A stretch of 64,000 bases of DNA from an uncultured delta proteobacterium (GTDB lineage Bacteria > Desulfobacterota > BSN033 > UBA1163): NCBI GenBank assembly GCA_963827685.1, contig CAWHBU010000003.1, positions 1,024,001 to 1,088,000 of the forward strand. Reading direction: 5' to 3'. The notes beneath the pieces are model-generated. The model was not told the DNA's origin, made no database searches, and worked only from the letters and a program-made list of their open reading frames with translations. Below, piece after piece: positions 39,650-49,029 of this stretch (the first letter of the stretch is position 1; each line of letters starts with the position of its first letter). Both the position numbers and the translations under genes were made by a program.

Positions 39650-41770
39650 TTAATCCGCCTCTGTCCCTCTCACTTCAAAATAAATATAATCTAAGATTTT
39701 TCCTCCCTTTTCCGCAATAGCGAGGGAATATTTTCCTGCTTTTGGGGTCCAGGGGATCGTTTTTCCCACCGCTTCCATGCGTGCACCATTTAACACCCAT
39801 CGAAAGTCGTTTTCACTGGTTTGGGCGATAAAGAAGATCTTCTGAAGTTCCAGTGGAATGTCCGGATCCAGTGCAATCACCATCCCGGAAGGAGGGTAGA
39901 CGATTCTGGGGTTGAATTGAGCTATTCTCTGATTCTTTGAATTGGGTTCTGTCCCGGCGATAAACCATTCCTCTCGGGAAGAGGCTATGCCTTGAGGAAA
40001 TTCAATCTCCCTTCGTACGAGGCGGGGAAGGATTTCTCTTTCTATACTGGGATCATTTCGATGAAGAAAATTCATCACCTCGATCCAGATGGGAGCCGCC
40101 CCTGTAATGCCACTCACATTCCACATCGGTTCTCCCGAAAAATTTCCTGTCCAGACACCCACCGTATACTTTCTTAAATATCCAATGCACCAGTTATCCC
40201 TCATATCCTTACTGGTACCGGTCTTTGCTGCCGTCCAGAACCGGGTGGACAAAGGATTTTCAAGGCCAAAAGTAACACTCCGGGCCTCTCTGTCCGATAA
40301 TATATCTGAGATGAGAAAGGTTGCTTCTTTTGAGAATATCTGCTTCTTCTGACCTGAATGATTCTCTTCGGGAATGAGACGGAGCTCATCCCATATCCCT
40401 TCATTGGCCAAACTTCGATAGGCATTCGTAAGCTCCCAGAGGCTCACATCTGCAGATCCAAGGGCAAGAGAAGGCCCATAGAAATCACCCGACTCATTGA
40501 GCCCCTTGATTCCCAGCTGCCTCAGTTTATTTAAGAAGGGCTCAATGCCCACCAAGGATAATGTCTTCACGGCTGGAACATTGAGAGAGGAAGCCAGGGC
40601 AATCCGTGTAGTGACCGATCCCTTGAAATGGGAGTCATAGTTTCTGGGTTGATAGATCCCGCTGATCACAGCCATATCAAGAGGTGAATCATCCAGGAGA
40701 GAGGCCGGGGTCAGAATCCGTTGTTCAAAGGCAAGACCATAAAGAAAAGGTTTTAAGGTGGAACCTGCTTGTCTCTTTGCCTGAACCCCATCCACAAACC
40801 TTGCCGAGTAAGGTTCTCCACTGTAACTCACATAGGCCAGGACATCCCCTGTGCTATTTTCCACAACGAGGATAGCCCCATCCTTCATATTTTGTGATCT
40901 CAGAGAGAGAAGATGATGGGTTATACGGTCAATGGCAAAGCGCTGGATCCCGCTGTCCAGAGTACAAGTGACCGACGATCCATGGGGGCTTCCTTTTAAT
41001 AGATGCCGCGCAATATGCGGGGCGAGATCTTCCCGCGGACGGGGCAAATTCGGCCCCAGAAATATCTGCCTCACCTTAGAATGAATCTCCTCTTCGCCAA
41101 TTTTCCAATCCATCACTTTGGTGAGATGGGACATCCTCTTGACCAACTCTGATGACGAAGCATTGGGGGATCGGATCAAGGAGGCCAGGATGAGCGATTC
41201 TGATTGACCCAGACCATGAGGGTCTTTTCCGAATAACCCCCTTGAAGCAGCCGAGATTCCCTGAAGCTCTCCTCGGAATGTCACGAGATTAAGGTAGGCT
41301 TCAAATATTTCTGTCTTTGACCATTTCTTTTCGATTTCCCACGAATTCAAGATCTGTCTCTCCTTTTGCCAGATGGATCGCCTTCCTCTCTTTGATTGAA
41401 TCTCTTTATTTAAGATGGAGGCCAACTGCATGGTGATGGTGCTTGCACCGCGGAGACTCTCAGAGGTGAGTCCTTGAATCAAAGCCGCCCCGATGGATCT
41501 ATAGTCCACTCCCCCGTGATCATAGAATCGCTTGTCCTCAGCCTGAATCACTGCCTCCTTTAAGACAGGTGAAATATTTTGGAGGGGAGTCCAGTCGAGC
41601 CTTCTCCGCTCCTTGTCCACCCGCAATTCATGGATGATTTCTCCATGGCGATCGAGCAATAGAGAGTCCGATTTGACGTAAGAGTGCCGAACCTCCTGAT
41701 AGGAGGGAAGGGCAAAAGCCCTTACATTAAAAAGAAAAAATATCATAAATGACAAAGTGAGCTTTTTCAT
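39650..41770 (-). CDS. pbpC: Penicillin-binding protein 1C
   Basis: AEDKRFY.H.GVD, GASTITMQL, GSTLKPF, SLN, KTGTS; downstream of alpha-2-macroglobulin. Confidence 0.93.
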   Translation of the reverse strand: MKKLTLSFMIFFLFNVRAFALPSYQEVRHSYVKSDSLLLDRHGEIIHELRVDKERRRLDWTPLQNISPVLKEAVIQAEDKRFYDHGGVDYRSIGAALIQGLTSESLRGASTITMQLASILNKEIQSKRGRRSIWQKERQILNSWEIEKKWSKTEIFEAYLNLVTFRGELQGISAASRGLFGKDPHGLGQSESLILASLIRSPNASSSELVKRMSHLTKVMDWKIGEEEIHSKVRQIFLGPNLPRPREDLAPHIARHLLKGSPHGSSVTCTLDSGIQRFAIDRITHHLLSLRSQNMKDGAILVVENSTGDVLAYVSYSGEPYSARFVDGVQAKRQAGSTLKPFLYGLAFEQRILTPASLLDDSPLDMAVISGIYQPRNYDSHFKGSVTTRIALASSLNVPAVKTLSLVGIEPFLNKLRQLGIKGLNESGDFYGPSLALGSADVSLWELTNAYRSLANEGIWDELRLIPEENHSGQKKQIFSKEATFLISDILSDREARSVTFGLENPLSTRFWTAAKTGTSKDMRDNWCIGYLRKYTVGVWTGNFSGEPMWNVSGITGAAPIWIEVMNFLHRNDPSIEREILPRLVRREIEFPQGIASSREEWFIAGTEPNSKNQRIAQFNPRIVYPPSGMVIALDPDIPLELQKIFFIAQTSENDFRWVLNGARMEAVGKTIPWTPKAGKYSLAIAEKGGKILDYIYFEVRGTEAD

Positions 41771-41795
41771 AGGTTCCTAAACCATGAGATCTAAG

Positions 41796-41851
41796 TAGCG
41801 CCCTCATTTAATGGGGGCGACATGGACGTCGGCAATAAATGCCGACGCTAC
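41796..41851. repeat. GTAG-type REP-like doublet
   Basis: Near-identical to 39563-39622. Confidence 0.75.
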
Positions 41852-41872
41852 TATGCTTTTTCTATCTGAACA

Positions 41873-44800
41873 TTAAGGCCGAACCTCCACTGCCTTGTTT
41901 GGAATCTCTCCAAACATCTCCGGAAAGTAGAGGGCTTCCACTCTCGTTGTGGGCAACTGGAAAAATCCGGCCTGGTTTAAGCGAACGGTGTATTCGACCG
42001 TCCACTTCCCTTTCGGCACATACTCATAGTAGGCCCGGAATGCCTCAAAAGACCGTTCCTCATAAGCCGGCCAGACCCACCCTTTCCGTTCTTCCTCTTT
42101 TGTTAAGAGCCTGGAGTCTCTCCCAAGTCCGGTTCCGAGGATCGTGCTTCCCGCAGGAATAGGATCGTTCACAACCACCCAGGTCCTGTCGGCCTGGGCC
42201 TCCAATTCTAATCGTATTCGCACGACGTCTCCCTGGCTCCACTGATTTTTTTGTTTCTGTTCAACGGGAATCACCGTTCTCTTGATCTTGTACCCGCTTG
42301 AGAAAGGCTCCTTCAAAGGAATAGCCGCCAGGCTCTGGATGGTCAGCCATGGCTTTCCTGTTCCTTGATGAGAGAAAAAGAGGTCGTCTCTTTTGGCAGG
42401 CCACGGGAGCTGGGAAACTTTTCCCTTGGGAGAGGTATTCCAATCAACGGCTTGTGTTTGCTTAGATAGGGTCGCACGGGTAGTCCCAGTGACTGGAACA
42501 GATTCAAATTTATTGGAAAACTTTTCCATGGCCAGAACGCCCCAGGCATTGGCAAGCGTTAAGTCCCACGCCCCTCTGATCTGACGGCCTAACGCCCCCT
42601 GGACCATCCTCGGTATGTCTTCTCTCCACTTTTCAGAAGGCAGAAGTGATAAGATGACCCGGACGGCATTGACATCGTTTGAAATCATGAGCCACCACAG
42701 GAAGTCCGTCTTTTCGGTTGAAAAACCCATCACCGTACCCTGAAAATTGAGACGGGCCCGGATAATCTGCTCTGCCTCTTTTCTTCGCTCTTCCCGATTC
42801 GGAATGGTCTGAACATTTTGAAGGATATTGAACCAGTCAATCACGGCTGAGGTCGGCCAGAGATTGGGCTCAATAGAGATGGAGTTGAGCAACTTTGCCT
42901 CTGCCTTTCCACTCCTTGATAATGCTTCGATGGCCGATAGTTTCTTTATGGAAAGATCTGCTGTGGCTAAGGGTGAATATCTCCAGATCTTTCCTTCTAT
43001 AAAATTCCTGAGACCGGTTTCCATCTTTGCTCTGGTCTCATCAGGAATGCTCCATCCTGCTTCATGGCCGATGGCAATGATGTAAGAAGTGAGCACCGGA
43101 CATCCATAAATACAGGGCGGAAAATATTTGACCAACCCGTCTCCGTCCAGGTAAGCGGGAAGATCGGACATCCTCCGTTTCCAGAGATTCTCATCCCGCA
43201 ATGCAACGGCCACGGAGATCATCTGTTCCATGCAGGTATAGGGATATCTTTTCATATATTCGATCACGCCGCTCAGCCCGTCGGCGATCTTTGGTCGGAA
43301 ATTGACCCTTACGCCGCCCCTGCCCGGGACTGCATCCTTCGGCCGCTCCACAGAGAGATGGTATTCCCTTTCCAGCTGAGTCAGAGTGGCCTGGAAAATG
43401 CTCACAGGAACGACCGGCACTACTTTTTGTGTGACTTTGATTCGGTCTGCCTCATTTGTCCCCTTCTCCTTGATTTCGACCTCCCATTTCAATGTCTCAA
43501 CACCGATGGATGCGGTCACATCCCATCCGATCTCCTTTGCTTCTCCCGGTGTTAATGAAACGGTTTGTGGAACGAGGGGAGCTGAAATCCCTTCTGCCTT
43601 TGCAGAAACATCCACCTCCATCTTGCGGTTGGTCGTATTTCGAAGCGTAAACCCGGCCTTAAACCGGTCACCTTCTCTCACAAGAGGAGGCAGCCCGGAT
43701 AAGACCATCAGGTCCTGCGTTGATTGGATCGATGTCGCACCGGTTCCAAAGAGGCCGACCCCACCGATGGCCACAGCCACGATTCGGAAACTGGTGATCG
43801 AATCATTCAGAGGAACTTCAACAGTTGCCTCTCCATTCGCATCCAAAGGAACACGGGCCTTCCACAAGAGGAGGGTATCGAACAATTCCCGTGTATTTTG
43901 CTTCCCTCCGCCTCCGCCCTGGGGCAGCGCCTTCAGACCGAAGTGACGTTTTCCAATCACCTGCATCTGGGCCGTTGAAGTACGAACACCATAACCCCTC
44001 CGTCCCATCATGGCGGAAAGGATTTCCCAACTCTTATTGGGCATCAATTCAAGAAGACCTTGATCCACAGCTGCTATCGTCACCTCACTCCCCGCGGGAG
44101 GGGCCTTTCCTTCTGTGGTCGTCACTTTGATCTTGACCTTGGCTTTCTGCCGAACCTTATAGACCTTTTGATCCGAAGAAACATTCACCTTCAACTCATG
44201 TTCTTTCCATCCTACATTGATCTCGGCGATCCCGAGTTTATACGCAGGCTTTCCAAGATCAACCATCGCTGTTGGCTTCACGCCCGCCACACGGCCTCTG
44301 ACGGCGAGAACAGAAACATAGACGTTCGGAGCGAAAGCACCTTTGACAGGCACCTGGATGACAGGGCTTTTCCCGGAGATCTTTTTGACCCATGCCGTGA
44401 TGATCCCTTCTCTCTCCACAGTGATCAATGCGGTCGCCTCTCTGAATGGCATCCTGACCTGAAAAACAGCCTTTTGGCCGGGCTCATAGCGTTTCCTTTC
44501 GGGAATAAGGTCGATCCGGTCATGATCGCCCACTTCAAACCACCACTCCCCTTTTCCCGCCACCCAGACATCCCTGTGAGCAACCGTTCGATTGCCTGCC
44601 GCATCAAAACTTTCGGCTTGAAGAATGACATTTCCAGAAACGGGCGACTTGGCATCGCAGATCAGAAGGCCTCTGGAATCTGTCTTTCCTTCGCAGAGGG
44701 GAGCAATCTTCTTTATCTCCGTCGAATGCTCGTAAGAATACACACCTCCGACCAGACGCTTTCGATGGGTCAGGGTTTGCCTCTGAAAAAGCTCTACCTT

Positions 44801-47566
44801 GACTGGAGCACCTGAGACAGGTTTTCCAGCGAGGTCAACCACAGCAACATGAAACTTGAAGGCATCCTTCGACACCGCCCACGAGTCCGGCTTGATTCCG
44901 GCGAGATATTTGGAATTCCATAAAGGAATTCTCGAAGAGACGGTCTGGACCTCACCATTGGGATCCCTGAACTCCATTTCAGCCAGTATCTCTTTTGGCG
45001 TTTCGGCCTCGGGCAGATTGGAGAGAGTGGTCCGGCCGGACCCGAATCGGTCCAGAACCAGATCTATAGTCGGAGGCTTCACCTTCTTCTTATCCTCTTT
45101 CTTTACCGCAGTTCCACCTTCCTCTCCTTCGCCTTCCTCTTCGGATTCCAATACCTCCCCTCTCCGGACGACCTCTTCTTTCACAGGGCCGTTGCCAAAG
45201 ATGAAATCTTCAAATCCTTCAGGAGAAGGAATATACCTTAGCTCGATTTCGTATCGAAGCTTGACAGGGAGTAGACTCGCCGCGCCTCCGGCAAGATATT
45301 GAACATTCAAATCAAGAGTGACCTCTTTTGCCTTCACTAATGGAGTGGTGGGGGGCTGGATGGTTCCCTTGGTGAGGGGAATTCGAAACTCCTCCACCCT
45401 GAAGCTTCCCGAATTCCACTTACGGGATGTTTCATAGTCTTGATCCTCAAAATGTTCCTCTCCTTCCCGATCCACATAAATAGACCGCTTCAGCTTTTTG
45501 CTGTGCCGTTTTTCGACGAAGAGGACATCATAGTTTCCAAGCTTTGCATCCTTCGGAATGGACCAAATGGTTTCCGCAACTCCATTTGCATCCCACTTCA
45601 AAGGAAACTCATATTTCTGTTCGCTTCCATAATGCTGGATCGATACAAGAGTGGGCCTCTGATCCTGAGGCACCGGAGCAAACCCCTTGGTCGTATGCTC
45701 GCGAAGGATATGCTTCATATGAACGGTCTCCCCCGCTCTGAGCAATGATCGATCGAATATGGTATGGCCGATGACAGGATCCAGATACGACTCCCTGACC
45801 AGTTGAAATCTCCAGGGTTCGATGCCTTCATCCCAGCTGGAGTGGACAAAGGACATGTCATCCTCGGTGCGGGCTGTTATGAAAAGACCTTGCGAAAGGG
45901 AATGAAGGGCACCCATCTGTGGATAATCTCTATAATCCAACTTGTAAGGGCAGCGGGTAAGAGCATCTATAGGGAGCGATTGTTGGATTGTCGCAATCCC
46001 GCTGACATCGGTCGTTCCTGTCCAGAGGACTTTCTCCTGGCAGTCCTTTATGGTTACCGTTGCATTCCTCACCGGCTCTCCTGTGTCGAGTGTGGTCACC
46101 CATACAAGAGAAGATTCCCTGCCCCACTTGAAATGAACAGAGAGATTGGTCACCAGGACGGCAGTCGGCACGTACATGGGACCCGGATTCTTAAGCAAGG
46201 CGTTTCCTAATATCTCGCTTTCCAGCTCTACGATATAAAGGCCGGGGTCTTTTAACGGAATCCCGACGACCTCAAAAGCCCGTGCACCTGAGGGTTTTGG
46301 AACTTTAAAATCTCTTGCCTTCTTCTCATCACTCAGAATGGATTTTTCCCTTGTTGCTGAAGCCACCTTCCTCAGCCAGGGCTGGACTTCATCGATCTTC
46401 TCAGGAGGGACATTGAGCACTCTCCCCATAACCTTTCCAAGAAGGCCCTCCCCCTTATCCACCTTCATCATTCTCGCTTTGAGTTCAGCTTCCACATTTC
46501 TTAAAGTGACAGGAAGTATTGGCTCGGCCTTCAATTCCAGGATTCCAAACCTGGCGGAAAACTTGGCCAGAGGAGGATATCTATCGGTTCGGACCGTGAG
46601 GGGAAATTTGTCCGCATTGACAAGGGGTCTTCCAGAGATATCTTTAAGTCCGGGTGGAAGCTCGACCACGAAACTCGCATTCTCCGGAAAGGGGCTTTGA
46701 AAAGAGAGCGAGCTCGTCTCTTCTTTGACATTGGGCTTCCATATTTTTCCATCAGGCCCCTTCAATACAATCTTATTTGCCTGATCTTCAGAAATGGCGG
46801 CAGTGAAACGGAGGGACATTGGCTGTATAGGAATGCAGGCCGCCTTCGGATTCTCCCTTTGGCAATGAAACTCGACAGAAAAGAGAGGCCTTACCTGGAA
46901 GCGACGGATCTGATCCTGATCTGTGGCCACCCCGGTCTTTGTCATCACCCCCTTCCCCCAGATCAAGCTGATCTTCGCATCCGAGGGGAACCGTTGCTTG
47001 CTCTGGATCAGGATCCTGGGGAACGGCGGTGGTTTCCTGTACCGGAACCTTGCTTTCAATATCTCTTTCCTCTTATCTCCCTCGATAATTTTGATTCCGA
47101 TCCGGTCCTGAATGCCCTCCACGGAGAAGAAAACATTTTGAATCACAGATTCGTTAATCGGTTCCGCATCCAGAGTGAGAATAAATATCTGCTCCTCATC
47201 GAGCCATTGGCTTCCTTCATAAGGATCAGAAGCCCGAATCGAAGGACCGCCCGTGGAAAAGGAGAAGACCTTTTGCCCTGCCATCTCTTTCCCTGAAAGG
47301 GCCTTCAAACCAAGCTTCACCTTAAACTCGCAGCGAATTCCTGCAGGAAGGTCTTTGTCAAAATCGAAGACCCAATTTTTCCCGTCAGCCCACCGGCTGG
47401 TTCCTTTTTCAGAGCAAACGATATCAAAGGGCTCGACGAGGCCTCTCGGATCACCAAAGGGCACCATCTGCTCAGAAAACCGCACGCTCACCTGACGAAC
47501 GGTTTTAACGGTCCCCTGGGGAGAAAAGAACTCAACAGAAGGTCCGTCCTCTGCATAAACCAAAAG
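41873..47566 (-). CDS. Bacterial alpha-2-macroglobulin, 5'-truncated by a mobile element
   Basis: MG domains, FRVEEF, thioester motif YPYTCMEQ; begins at LLVYA with no start or signal peptide. Confidence 0.9.
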   Translation of the reverse strand, partial: LLVYAEDGPSVEFFSPQGTVKTVRQVSVRFSEQMVPFGDPRGLVEPFDIVCSEKGTSRWADGKNWVFDFDKDLPAGIRCEFKVKLGLKALSGKEMAGQKVFSFSTGGPSIRASDPYEGSQWLDEEQIFILTLDAEPINESVIQNVFFSVEGIQDRIGIKIIEGDKRKEILKARFRYRKPPPFPRILIQSKQRFPSDAKISLIWGKGVMTKTGVATDQDQIRRFQVRPLFSVEFHCQRENPKAACIPIQPMSLRFTAAISEDQANKIVLKGPDGKIWKPNVKEETSSLSFQSPFPENASFVVELPPGLKDISGRPLVNADKFPLTVRTDRYPPLAKFSARFGILELKAEPILPVTLRNVEAELKARMMKVDKGEGLLGKVMGRVLNVPPEKIDEVQPWLRKVASATREKSILSDEKKARDFKVPKPSGARAFEVVGIPLKDPGLYIVELESEILGNALLKNPGPMYVPTAVLVTNLSVHFKWGRESSLVWVTTLDTGEPVRNATVTIKDCQEKVLWTGTTDVSGIATIQQSLPIDALTRCPYKLDYRDYPQMGALHSLSQGLFITARTEDDMSFVHSSWDEGIEPWRFQLVRESYLDPVIGHTIFDRSLLRAGETVHMKHILREHTTKGFAPVPQDQRPTLVSIQHYGSEQKYEFPLKWDANGVAETIWSIPKDAKLGNYDVLFVEKRHSKKLKRSIYVDREGEEHFEDQDYETSRKWNSGSFRVEEFRIPLTKGTIQPPTTPLVKAKEVTLDLNVQYLAGGAASLLPVKLRYEIELRYIPSPEGFEDFIFGNGPVKEEVVRRGEVLESEEEGEGEEGGTAVKKEDKKKVKPPTIDLVLDRFGSGRTTLSNLPEAETPKEILAEMEFRDPNGEVQTVSSRIPLWNSKYLAGIKPDSWAVSKDAFKFHVAVVDLAGKPVSGAPVKVELFQRQTLTHRKRLVGGVYSYEHSTEIKKIAPLCEGKTDSRGLLICDAKSPVSGNVILQAESFDAAGNRTVAHRDVWVAGKGEWWFEVGDHDRIDLIPERKRYEPGQKAVFQVRMPFREATALITVEREGIITAWVKKISGKSPVIQVPVKGAFAPNVYVSVLAVRGRVAGVKPTAMVDLGKPAYKLGIAEINVGWKEHELKVNVSSDQKVYKVRQKAKVKIKVTTTEGKAPPAGSEVTIAAVDQGLLELMPNKSWEILSAMMGRRGYGVRTSTAQMQVIGKRHFGLKALPQGGGGGKQNTRELFDTLLLWKARVPLDANGEATVEVPLNDSITSFRIVAVAIGGVGLFGTGATSIQSTQDLMVLSGLPPLVREGDRFKAGFTLRNTTNRKMEVDVSAKAEGISAPLVPQTVSLTPGEAKEIGWDVTASIGVETLKWEVEIKEKGTNEADRIKVTQKVVPVVPVSIFQATLTQLEREYHLSVERPKDAVPGRGGVRVNFRPKIADGLSGVIEYMKRYPYTCMEQMISVAVALRDENLWKRRMSDLPAYLDGDGLVKYFPPCIYGCPVLTSYIIAIGHEAGWSIPDETRAKMETGLRNFIEGKIWRYSPLATADLSIKKLSAIEALSRSGKAEAKLLNSISIEPNLWPTSAVIDWFNILQNVQTIPNREERRKEAEQIIRARLNFQGTVMGFSTEKTDFLWWLMISNDVNAVRVILSLLPSEKWREDIPRMVQGALGRQIRGAWDLTLANAWGVLAMEKFSNKFESVPVTGTTRATLSKQTQAVDWNTSPKGKVSQLPWPAKRDDLFFSHQGTGKPWLTIQSLAAIPLKEPFSSGYKIKRTVIPVEQKQKNQWSQGDVVRIRLELEAQADRTWVVVNDPIPAGSTILGTGLGRDSRLLTKEEERKGWVWPAYEERSFEAFRAYYEYVPKGKWTVEYTVRLNQAGFFQLPTTRVEALYFPEMFGEIPNKAVEVRP

Positions 47567-47578
47567 TGTACACGCTAC

Positions 47579-48616
47579 CTATTCATGAGCTAAAAAAAGG
47601 GGTAAAATTGGGTGACACTTTTTATTGATGTGAACCCTGATATGTCCACTGGATTGGAGCCAGGATTCCACCGCGATCCTCCAGGCTGATTCTCTGACAG
47701 CCAGTCCAGATTGATTCATTGCCAACAAAATCCTTTCCACCCTTTCCATTACCCAATCATAGATTCCCCTCCTTTGCCGTTTCGTAAAAGCCGGTCTGTT
47801 GCCAGATTCAAAGAATGCCTGACAGGATGTCTTCCCATTCAGGCAAGGCCGGATCCGATGGTTCAGATCATTGACCGCAGCTTCCGCATACGCAGCGATA
47901 TGATCCCGGTAGCCATGCAAACCCAACATAATTTTCTTCCGTAGAGTTGTCTTCACCTCTCGTTGTGACTCTTCGATTGCTCCATTGTAGGGTGCATAAT
48001 ACTCCGGATTGTTCAAAGGTAGAACAAATGATTCGGCTAATACATCGTTGATGGCGGTGTGGTTCATATTCCCTTCATTATCCCGCTTCAACACCAGAGG
48101 CGTGCCATACCGATCAAACTTCTCGCTCAGATATCCAGCCACCTCTTCTCCAACCGGATACTCTCCGGCCATCGGCAAAAACTTGTACCGCGAGCCCAGA
48201 TCCTGCGTATTGTGCAAATAGATTTTACCGGCTATCCCCAGGTCATATGCCGTGAAGTCCATAGCCCACACTACCCCTGGCGTCAGCCATTCGATCCAGC
48301 GAAGATGGGCACGGCGATCCGACTCCAGGTCGTGCCGTACCCGCTCCACCATTCGCCCCAGCTCCCGCCGTGACACACTAAACCGGTACCGTTGATATAA
48401 GCCGGTTGTTCCTACACTCCGCTTCACCCCATGATCTAACGATTGAACCTCCGTGTCAAGAACCGAAGGATCAAACGGTTGTACCTTCTTCGGACCCGGA
48501 CGATTGATTAAAACAACGTTTTCCTTGATCCTGAAGCGCCACCGGTTAAAACTCGCTAAAGGGAGCTGAAGCGTCTTGCAAATCATCCCATAAGGCATCC
48601 CTGTCCGTTCCTTCAT
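47579..48616 (-). CDS. DDE integrase/transposase (OrfB-like)
   Basis: WAMDFT, LKRDNEGN, YNGAIEESQRE triad; open frame extends upstream to an A9 run. Confidence 0.85.
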   Translation of the reverse strand: MKERTGMPYGMICKTLQLPLASFNRWRFRIKENVVLINRPGPKKVQPFDPSVLDTEVQSLDHGVKRSVGTTGLYQRYRFSVSRRELGRMVERVRHDLESDRRAHLRWIEWLTPGVVWAMDFTAYDLGIAGKIYLHNTQDLGSRYKFLPMAGEYPVGEEVAGYLSEKFDRYGTPLVLKRDNEGNMNHTAINDVLAESFVLPLNNPEYYAPYNGAIEESQREVKTTLRKKIMLGLHGYRDHIAAYAEAAVNDLNHRIRPCLNGKTSCQAFFESGNRPAFTKRQRRGIYDWVMERVERILLAMNQSGLAVRESAWRIAVESWLQSSGHIRVHINKKCHPILPLFLAHE

Positions 48617-48660
48617 ACTCTCAATCGTCTCTACAACCTTTCTGATCGCTTCTTGCCGAT

Positions 48661-49029
48661 CTATTGTTTTTTTTTAGCGCCGCCGCGGTCCCGAAACTCC
48701 TCATACACCCCCAGGAACTCTTTCACCTTGGTGGTCTGCTTCGCGACATCCAGCTTCTTCTCCAATTCCTGGATCCGCTCCAGAAGCGTCTCCTTCTCTT
48801 CGTCCACAGGCACAGGCGGTCTTCCCGCAGGATAATTCTCCAACGCCAGGGCCATGGCTTTGAGCGACTTCTCCTCCCACTCGTAATACGTCTTGCGCGA
48901 CACCCCCAGCCGCTGCGCTCCCTCCTTTGCAGTTAAGGCTCCACTGCGCACCTGGAGAATCACCAGCGCCCGCTCCCGTGCAAGTTTCTGTTCCTTCTCC
49001 CTCTCGTGCCGCCGTTTCCTTTCCTCCAT
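48661..49029 (-). CDS. HTH plus coiled-coil protein (OrfA-like)
   Basis: AKEGAQRLGVSRKTYYEWE; ends at slippery AAAAAAAAAC. Confidence 0.8.
   Translation of the reverse strand: MEERKRRHEREKEQKLARERALVILQVRSGALTAKEGAQRLGVSRKTYYEWEEKSLKAMALALENYPAGRPPVPVDEEKETLLERIQELEKKLDVAKQTTKVKEFLGVYEEFRDRGGAKKKQ

Noticed and set aside
43064-47495. Long plus-strand ORFs opposite alpha-2-macroglobulin and other large genes
   Set aside because: Antisense shadow frames with no recognisable motifs
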